The notes beneath the pieces were generated by a model that did not search any database, was not told where the DNA came from, and worked only from the letters and a program-made list of their open reading frames with translations. Both the position numbers and the translations under genes were made by a program. Shown piece after piece: positions 58,515-64,000 of a DNA stretch of 64,000 nucleotides. The number at the start of each line of letters is the position of its first letter. Position 1 is the first letter of the stretch. Location: contig JADGDQ010000006.1 in the NCBI GenBank assembly GCA_016744805.1, forward strand, positions 105-64,104, written 5' to 3'. The stretch is from Sulfurovaceae bacterium (GTDB lineage Bacteria; Campylobacterota; Campylobacteria; Campylobacterales; Sulfurovaceae).

Positions 58515-58587
58515 AAACCATCCTCATAAATTATGAGATAGATTCTAGCATAAGATACTAAAATCTAATGTCTCTTTAGACCCCAAC

Positions 58588-59691
58588 TCAAAAATCAAAC
58601 TGCATACGAACCTGCATAATATCTTCACTCTCTACATCTGGCTCTGAGAGTGTGGCGTGGATGTAGTTTGTCATGATACGCAGATTGTCTGTAGTGTACC
58701 AGTTGAGACCTACTGTATAGTTTTTCTCTATGCTCTCCTCTTCGTCTTGGTCATCAAGGTCTAAATAGCTCATACGCAGAGCTAGTTCCCATGCACCCCA
58801 GCCTCCATCGGTCACAGGATTGAGAGGTTTGACGCGTGAGAAGATGGCTTTTTTGGCTTTGTATTGCTTGGATTCACCTGTGAGAAACCAGCTCCCTTGG
58901 AGATACCAACTCTGGAAATCATACGCTGTATCGATATTGTCAACTCCTATCCAAAAATACTCCCCTTGGAGTGCAAAGCTATCATAGATGATAGCACTCT
59001 CAATATCTACTCGTTGTCTATTTTGCACATCTTTTATCTTGGTGGAGACCAGTTTTCTATCAAAGAGATCTGACTCTGGTTCTGTATTGAGTGAGAGTGA
59101 TGCTCCATCATAGTCACTATAGGATGAGGCGACTCCTAGATGCAGGAGTTTGGTTTTGCTTGGGCGGTAGGCGTAGGTGGCTCTGGCTACTAGAGATCTC
59201 TCTGCATCTTCATTATCTATCAGTTCATCTAGTGATTGACCAAAAGCACCCATAGTCAGAGTGTAGTAGTGTGCATCATCTTTGATAGGATAGCGAACCT
59301 GTACGCCTAGTTTTCGTTTGCTCACAAATGCTTGAGCTAAAGAACGCTCCATAAAGGTATTGTACTTAGAGCTTGTCAATGCCTCTAGCCCTATAGGCTC
59401 TTTGATATTTCCTGCTTTGATAAAGAGCTGAGGGAGGGCTTCATACTCTAAGTAGACATCTTTCCAGTTGTTGCTTCCTGTGAAGCTATACTCTATCTCA
59501 TATTTGAGTGTAGGGAGTGCTTGACCTTTGAGAAAAACTCTTGCACGGCGAATGGCTTGATCATTTGTAGCTACCCCATCTTCATCATCAAACCAAGCAC
59601 TATCTGCAACAATCTGTCCTCCAAACTCAAAAGAGTCTTCAGCCAAAAGGAGACTCTGTAGTATCAAACATAAGAAAAGACTCTTTTTCAT
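58588..59691 (-). CDS. Phosphate-selective porin O/P (OprO/OprP) family outer-membrane protein
   Basis: There is a signal peptide. FEFGGQIVADSAWFDD...AIRRARVFLKG...YEIEYSF is typical of the Porin_O_P family, and the sequence ends in F. Confidence 0.7.
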   Translation of the reverse strand: MKKSLFLCLILQSLLLAEDSFEFGGQIVADSAWFDDEDGVATNDQAIRRARVFLKGQALPTLKYEIEYSFTGSNNWKDVYLEYEALPQLFIKAGNIKEPIGLEALTSSKYNTFMERSLAQAFVSKRKLGVQVRYPIKDDAHYYTLTMGAFGQSLDELIDNEDAERSLVARATYAYRPSKTKLLHLGVASSYSDYDGASLSLNTEPESDLFDRKLVSTKIKDVQNRQRVDIESAIIYDSFALQGEYFWIGVDNIDTAYDFQSWYLQGSWFLTGESKQYKAKKAIFSRVKPLNPVTDGGWGAWELALRMSYLDLDDQDEEESIEKNYTVGLNWYTTDNLRIMTNYIHATLSEPDVESEDIMQVRMQFDF

Positions 59692-59693
59692 AA

Positions 59694-60263
59694 CTACAGC
59701 TCCGTACCCATATTAACCAGAGCAAAAACTACAAGCATCATACTTACAATAAGCCCCAAAGAAAAAATAGCATAGGCTTGACGCAACCAATAATATTTGA
59801 TTTTAATCTCTGCACCTAATATATGAAGGTGTTGCAAAATATTCTCTTGGGTCTTCTCTGTAGAGAGTATCACCTCTTTTGCCTGTGCAAGATATTCCAT
59901 AGGAGAGAGTGAGGAAATATCCTGAAAATAGAGAATAGATGTATAGTTTTCCAAATACTCTTTGTGCATTATATTCTCTTTATATCGTGGTTGGATAGCT
60001 TTTGTAGCAAAAAATATAGATGCCATAGCTGTGATAATAATAGCAATAAATGGATACATCATCAAAGGGTGATTGAGTTGCATACCTGAAGCTGTAACGA
60101 TAACTGTGAGGATAAACCCATTAACAGAGATTAAGATACTCGCTTTAGAGTCAGCCAAAGCCGTTAACTCCAAGTTTGAACGCAAAGCATTTCTAAAGAG
60201 TGTCTCAACCGAACGAGGTTTTTTACTTGGTGATTTTTTTAATAAGTTCATATGGGTAGTCAT
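59694..60263 (-). CDS. Membrane protein with a DUF5706/PycTM-like domain
   Basis: NLELTALADSKASILISVNGFIL followed by 2+1 TM helices resembles, as I recall it, the Pycsar-effector (PycTM) / DUF5706 family. GAGGAG lies 6 nt upstream of the ATG. Its stop is 2 nt from the porin start. Confidence 0.5.
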   Translation of the reverse strand: MTTHMNLLKKSPSKKPRSVETLFRNALRSNLELTALADSKASILISVNGFILTVIVTASGMQLNHPLMMYPFIAIIITAMASIFFATKAIQPRYKENIMHKEYLENYTSILYFQDISSLSPMEYLAQAKEVILSTEKTQENILQHLHILGAEIKIKYYWLRQAYAIFSLGLIVSMMLVVFALVNMGTEL

Positions 60264-60355
60264 AAGATACTCCTCATTATTTTTTAAAATTATCTTTTCA
60301 CTCTAAGGAGTGGAAGATTGATAAGAGTATTGTATGATTTTTATTCAAACAGTGG

Positions 60356-60382
60356 GTAATAAAAAGTAAATCAACAGTAACA
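60356..60382 (-). promoter_or_regulatory. Conserved 27-nt direct-repeat motif, copy 2 (upstream of the DUF5706-like/porin operon)
   Basis: The minus strand reads TGTTAC-tgttga-TTTAC-ttttt-ATTAC. It lies 92 nt upstream of the ATG at 60263. Confidence 0.55.
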
Positions 60383-60400
60383 TTGAAGCATTTAGACGAT

Positions 60401-62137
60401 TTATACCTTCGCCCAAGTACCAAATGGTTGCTTTTCAAACTCCATTGTGCCATCTTTTCCTTTGTAGATATTTATCCATACTTGCCAGTTTTCATTATCC
60501 ATATCTGGATAATCTACACGGTAGTGACTACAACGGCTCTCTGTTCGCATTAGAGAGGCTTTGAGTTTCATCTGGGCAGAGAGTATCATATTGGTTGTCT
60601 CATGAGCCAAACGCAACTCATGCAGTGATGAGGCTTTGAGCATAGGGGAGTGATGGCTCTGTAGCTCCTCCACATAAGCAAGGGCTGATTGCATCATTAG
60701 CTCTTTTTTGATATAGAGAACAAAATTAGGAATCATCACCCCTTGCAGTGTTTGGGTCACCCACGCAGGAGAGTAGCCTGACTCTCTATAGAGTGGTGCT
60801 AAAATCTCTTCTTTTATTTTATTTACTTTGGATTTAGGTATTTTGGGCATAGCAATAGTTTTGGCATACTTAGCTGATGCTTCACCTGCAATAGCCCCTT
60901 GCACAGAAGAACCTGCCATAGAAGAGCCTATTTGAGTATAGATAGCTCCAGCCATATACGAACCTAGTGCATCTCCTGCAGCGTAGAGACCTTGGATAGT
61001 TGATTCACACTGCTCATTGATAGGAACAAGACCTTCAGACTTATGGATAGACAATCCTGCCGATGCACCACCTACATTGGTACCATTGCTACCCGGAGGG
61101 GGTCCTCTTCTCTCATCTCTTGGGGGGGGACCTCTGTGTTCACCTCTTGGGGGATGGTCTCTTCTTTCTCCATGCATTTGACTAAACTCTACAGGTCTAA
61201 AGGGTCCTCCCACAACAAAAGTTGCTCCTTGTTGAGGGGGTCCCATCATCACTGGTGGACCTTTTTTGTAGGCTTGGTAGTTGAGGTCTACTCCTAAATC
61301 ATGACGAATCTCTACACTAGTAGTACTTGGAACTTGTTCAAACATACCATGCCAATTATCAAAAGAGGCCGCAGAGTTTTTATCAGAACCCACATGCCCA
61401 TCATTCCACTCTTTGCCTGTTACCTTTGCACCAATATTATATGCCATAACAGTACCATCATGCGTCAAGTCACTAATAGGAAATCCATTGGGTTTAAAGC
61501 CCCCTGCCCCTGTACACAAAATCACACTTTTAGCACGAAAGAGATAGAGGCTCTGTTCGTCTATACCAAAGCCCATAGCTCCTGCTATTTTGCCCTCTTC
61601 TTTGATGAGATGGGTAATCATAATCCGTTCCATCACAGGAATCTCTCGCTCTTTGATAGGGTGAGTGAGTGGGTCTCTACAGAGTACTTGGTCAAAGAAC
61701 CCCCAAGAGCGAAGCTCTTCTACTCTTGCTTTTGAGTGTTCTGCCATCTGTTTGGTGTAGATGGCATTGTTGGTTCCTAATGATGAGCGAGATACTTTGT
61801 TGGTAAATTCATCAAGTGATACACCAGACTCCTTGGCATCAAAACTAAAAACACCCTTGGCAAATGGAGTCTGTCCTGATGTCCCTAGACCCCCTTTGAC
61901 CACGAGCATCACATCTGCTCCTGCGTCTCTAGCTTTTGTGGCAGCAAAAACCCCTGCAACGCCTCCACCAATTACCAAAACATCACTTTGATACTCTTTT
62001 GTCTCAAATCCTTTGGGGTCTATAGATGGAAGGGTTGATTCCCCCTCTCCATTGAGACCAACTGTTGCTAGTGTGGCTACACCTGCTATACCCAAAAAGT
62101 CTCTTCGTGAGAATCCTTCGTTATTTGATTCTTTCAT
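60401..62137 (-). CDS. Tat-exported FAD-dependent oxidoreductase (fumarate reductase/succinate dehydrogenase flavoprotein-like)
   Basis: The Tat motif is SRRDFLGIAG, the dinucleotide fold is VLVIGGGVAGVFAA, and the C-terminal context is RCSHYRVDYPD. The Pro/Arg-rich repeat insertion HGERRDHPPRGEHRGPPPRDERRGPPPG is unusual. Confidence 0.8.
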   Translation of the reverse strand: MKESNNEGFSRRDFLGIAGVATLATVGLNGEGESTLPSIDPKGFETKEYQSDVLVIGGGVAGVFAATKARDAGADVMLVVKGGLGTSGQTPFAKGVFSFDAKESGVSLDEFTNKVSRSSLGTNNAIYTKQMAEHSKARVEELRSWGFFDQVLCRDPLTHPIKEREIPVMERIMITHLIKEEGKIAGAMGFGIDEQSLYLFRAKSVILCTGAGGFKPNGFPISDLTHDGTVMAYNIGAKVTGKEWNDGHVGSDKNSAASFDNWHGMFEQVPSTTSVEIRHDLGVDLNYQAYKKGPPVMMGPPQQGATFVVGGPFRPVEFSQMHGERRDHPPRGEHRGPPPRDERRGPPPGSNGTNVGGASAGLSIHKSEGLVPINEQCESTIQGLYAAGDALGSYMAGAIYTQIGSSMAGSSVQGAIAGEASAKYAKTIAMPKIPKSKVNKIKEEILAPLYRESGYSPAWVTQTLQGVMIPNFVLYIKKELMMQSALAYVEELQSHHSPMLKASSLHELRLAHETTNMILSAQMKLKASLMRTESRCSHYRVDYPDMDNENWQVWINIYKGKDGTMEFEKQPFGTWAKV

Positions 62138-62765
62138 CTTCTCTCCTATAACTTTGCAGTAGCATCCAAGAGGCAGTAGAGGCTACAAGAACTATCCATA
62201 ATGTTTGTGCATCATTTATGTGTCGTCCCATATCAATAGCATGCCAAGATGCCAAAAAAATAAAAAGGAGTGAAGTAATACCATGGAGGAGTTTCCAACT
62301 CCTATATTTCATCCCTAATTTATGACGAAAAAGAGAAGTAGCCCCTAGAAAAAATATCAAAAGATATGCAATCAGACCTACTATCTCTCCTTGTGTTTCA
62401 AATGTAGTCAATAATTTTATCAGAGCATCTTGGGGGAGTAGACCTGCTTCAAAAAATCTTGGTAAGACAATAAAAAATGGGTGAAGCATAAAAAAGAGTA
62501 CAACTACATACCCTATATATTTATGTATTCTAATAATAGTTTTGAAGCGATAAGACTCTAATGGTGTCTTAGGAATGCCTGATAGAAAGAATTGTAAATA
62601 GAGTAGATAAAGAGCTAAAAGCGTGGCAAGTCCAAGAGAGTCTTTGAGAAAACTACGAAATGGATACTCACCCAAAAACCAAAAAAGAGTTGGCAACCCC
62701 ATAAAGATAAATAGTACTCCAAAGAGCGTAGAGTGTTTACTAGTGTTTTGCATAGCTACCTCCAT
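62121..62765 (-). CDS. Ferric-reductase-like (MsrQ/YedZ-type) transmembrane heme-b protein
   Basis: It has about 6 TM helices with conserved His pairs (IHKYIGY...MLHPFF; LLHGITS...WHAIDMGRH). It overlaps both neighbouring genes. Confidence 0.6.
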   Translation of the reverse strand: MEVAMQNTSKHSTLFGVLFIFMGLPTLFWFLGEYPFRSFLKDSLGLATLLALYLLYLQFFLSGIPKTPLESYRFKTIIRIHKYIGYVVVLFFMLHPFFIVLPRFFEAGLLPQDALIKLLTTFETQGEIVGLIAYLLIFFLGATSLFRHKLGMKYRSWKLLHGITSLLFIFLASWHAIDMGRHINDAQTLWIVLVASTASWMLLQSYRREDERIK

Positions 62766-62971
62766 GAGACTACAACAGGAATCATCTTTTCAGGTGAAAT
62801 AATAATTGCATCTACAGGACAGTACATACGGCATAAGTGGCAGATTTGACAATCCTCCACATAGGCTATAAATGCTTTTCCTGTTTTGGCATCTAAGCGG
62901 ATAACATCTGTAGGACATGCTCTCACACAATCACCACAACCAATACAACCGCGTATAGATGTAATAGACAT
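62756..62971 (-). CDS. Small 2x[4Fe-4S] ferredoxin
   Basis: The Cys motifs are CIGCGDCVRACP and CQICHLCRMYCP. The protein is 71 aa. Confidence 0.85.
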   Translation of the reverse strand: MSITSIRGCIGCGDCVRACPTDVIRLDAKTGKAFIAYVEDCQICHLCRMYCPVDAIIISPEKMIPVVVSWR

Positions 62972-62984
62972 TCTATTTTCCTAT

Positions 62985-63230
62985 CTATCTTTTAGGAGGA
63001 TTTGTTGGTTTACATGCAAAATACTTACCATCAGGAGTATTACTACAAGTCCCCTCTACTGTATCACCTCTAGGAGAAGTCATAGAACAGCTCGACCCTT
63101 CATCTTGACCTTCACAAATAGAGATTGCTTCAGCAGGTGGTGTTCTTTTTTCACCTTGTTGTGGTCGTTGTTCTTGTGCAAAGCCAAATGTTAGAGCTAC
63201 AAGAGCTACTGTTAGGATAATCTTTTTCAT
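62985..63230 (-). CDS. Small secreted Cys-containing protein (hypothetical)
   Basis: There is a signal peptide (MKKIILTVALVALTFGFA). The mature part of about 60 aa has 4 Cys and is rich in Pro, Gly and Thr. No family is recognised. Confidence 0.55.
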   Translation of the reverse strand: MKKIILTVALVALTFGFAQEQRPQQGEKRTPPAEAISICEGQDEGSSCSMTSPRGDTVEGTCSNTPDGKYFACKPTNPPKR

Positions 63231-63284
63231 TTTTTTTTCCTTCTGTTTAGATTTTAAATTATATTCTTATAACTCCAATAGCGA

Positions 63285-63311
63285 GTAACAAAAAGTAAAC
63301 TAATGGTAACA
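63285..63311 (-). promoter_or_regulatory. Conserved 27-nt direct-repeat motif, copy 3 (upstream of the small secreted protein/ferredoxin/flavoprotein operon)
   Basis: The minus strand reads TGTTAC-cattag-TTTAC-ttttt-GTTAC. It lies 54 nt upstream of the ATG at 63230. Confidence 0.55.
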
Positions 63312-63340
63312 AATAAAAGTTACTTACTTATTTCTTTCTA

Positions 63341-64000
63341 TCAACTACCCAAAGCAGTCTGCAACGCCTCTACTGTAACTCCTAGAGTCGTAGCTGCTGT
63401 TTCATAGTCTGGCTCACCTTGGCTAGGGTCACCTAGTGCCGACATTAATGCCTCTTCGCTCATACCCAATATCTCTGCTGCTGCTGCAAAATCTGGTTGA
63501 CCGCTAGGTGCATCTGTATCTCCACCATCAGGTTGTTGGTTGCCCATATCTCCATCTGGAAATACAACGACTCTTGTCGCATCATCACCACGATAAGTAC
63601 TCGCATCACCCTCTGGTGTAGATGCTACATCGCCACCACGCACTAGACGAACATGATGATAAAAGACTTCTATATCAGAACCTGTAGAGACCTCTTGGGA
63701 TTTAGTATCAAAGACCACAGAACCTGCTCCGTGTAGGTCATTACCCTCTGTATCTGTATTATAACCAAAAGCAAGAATCCAAGCATAGATATTCCCACCA
63801 TCTATATCACTCTCTTCACCCACTAATGGATTGGATGTACTCGTCCAAAAAAATGGATAATCAGTTTGACCTTTTATGTTTGTAAGTGTTGAGATATTAA
63901 ATACACTCGTATCTATAGCTGGAAAGACCCCACTATAATCTACAATACTCTGCAACTCTTTTGCATTTGGCAATCTCCAATCATCATATCCTGCATAGGT
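63341..64000 (-). CDS. DUF1566 (Lcl C-terminal-like) domain protein, partial (N-terminus beyond the window end)
   Basis: The frame stays open upstream of the track Met to the window edge (…TYAGYDDWRLPNAKELQSIVDYS), so the real start lies outside the window. The C-terminal acidic tail carries a duplicated A-x2-LG-x3-EAL-x2-ALG unit. Confidence 0.7.
   Translation of the reverse strand, partial: TYAGYDDWRLPNAKELQSIVDYSGVFPAIDTSVFNISTLTNIKGQTDYPFFWTSTSNPLVGEESDIDGGNIYAWILAFGYNTDTEGNDLHGAGSVVFDTKSQEVSTGSDIEVFYHHVRLVRGGDVASTPEGDASTYRGDDATRVVVFPDGDMGNQQPDGGDTDAPSGQPDFAAAAEILGMSEEALMSALGDPSQGEPDYETAATTLGVTVEALQTALGS

Noticed and set aside
56258-58587. A retron (RT plus msr/msd) associated with the PtuAB-like pair.
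   Set aside because: There is no reverse-transcriptase ORF on either strand. The flanking intergenic regions (101 nt and 73 nt) show no long inverted repeats typical of msr/msd.
59694-60263. A complete Pycsar system.
   Set aside because: No cyclase-like gene is adjacent. The neighbours are a porin and a flavoprotein operon.
1-64000. CRISPR arrays, rRNA operons, IS elements and prophage genes.
   Set aside because: Visual scanning of both strands found no regularly spaced direct repeats, no rRNA-like conserved segments, and no transposase, integrase or phage structural ORFs in the six-frame track.

Overview
This is an AT-rich bacterial chromosome segment. It is most likely Campylobacterota (epsilonproteobacterial), judging from the gene order argS-tatA-gmk and ndk-DUF177-rpmF-plsX-fabH, the futalosine-type menaquinone genes (mqnA, UbiA-type prenyltransferase), a MOMP-like porin, a CetB/Aer-like PAS protein and a pseudopilin next to PilT. 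I call about 75 protein genes, mostly on the minus strand and often translationally coupled, plus one tRNA-Arg. I see no rRNA, CRISPR array, integrase or transposase. Most of the window is housekeeping: dnaX, panD, miaA, pssA, argS, tatA, gmk, moaDE, trpS, murI, rho, metK, dxs, hisC, pheA, lysA, pth, rplY, recG, uvrB, ppk, fabH, plsX, rpmF, ndk. The accessory content is as follows. (1) A very AT-rich two-gene module sits with 0-nt spacers between dxs and metK (29318-31303). It pairs an ABC/OLD-type AAA_21-like ATPase with a small partner whose C-terminus carries an HKD-like H-x-R-x4-D-x6-SSG motif (PLD/MIT_C-like). I do not recognise it as a named system, and it is my top candidate for an undescribed defence-type pair. 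(2) A Septu-like PtuA (ATPase) and PtuB (HNH) pair lies at 56359-58514; its ATPase has an unusual N-terminal extension. (3) A 27-nt motif (TGTTAC-N6-TTTAC-N5-RTTAC on the coding strand) is conserved upstream of three envelope or redox operons between 56 and 63 kb. (4) A six-gene coupled operon combines two NosL-like proteins with a MacB/FtsX-type ABC exporter and a Cys-rich membrane protein. (5) A Tat-exported flavoprotein operon carries a Pro/Arg-rich repeat insertion containing a G8/C8 homopolymer. (6) A family of secreted proteins shuffles DUF4214 and DUF1566 modules, one of them fused to a trypsin-like protease. All family assignments come from motif recognition by eye, not from database searches.
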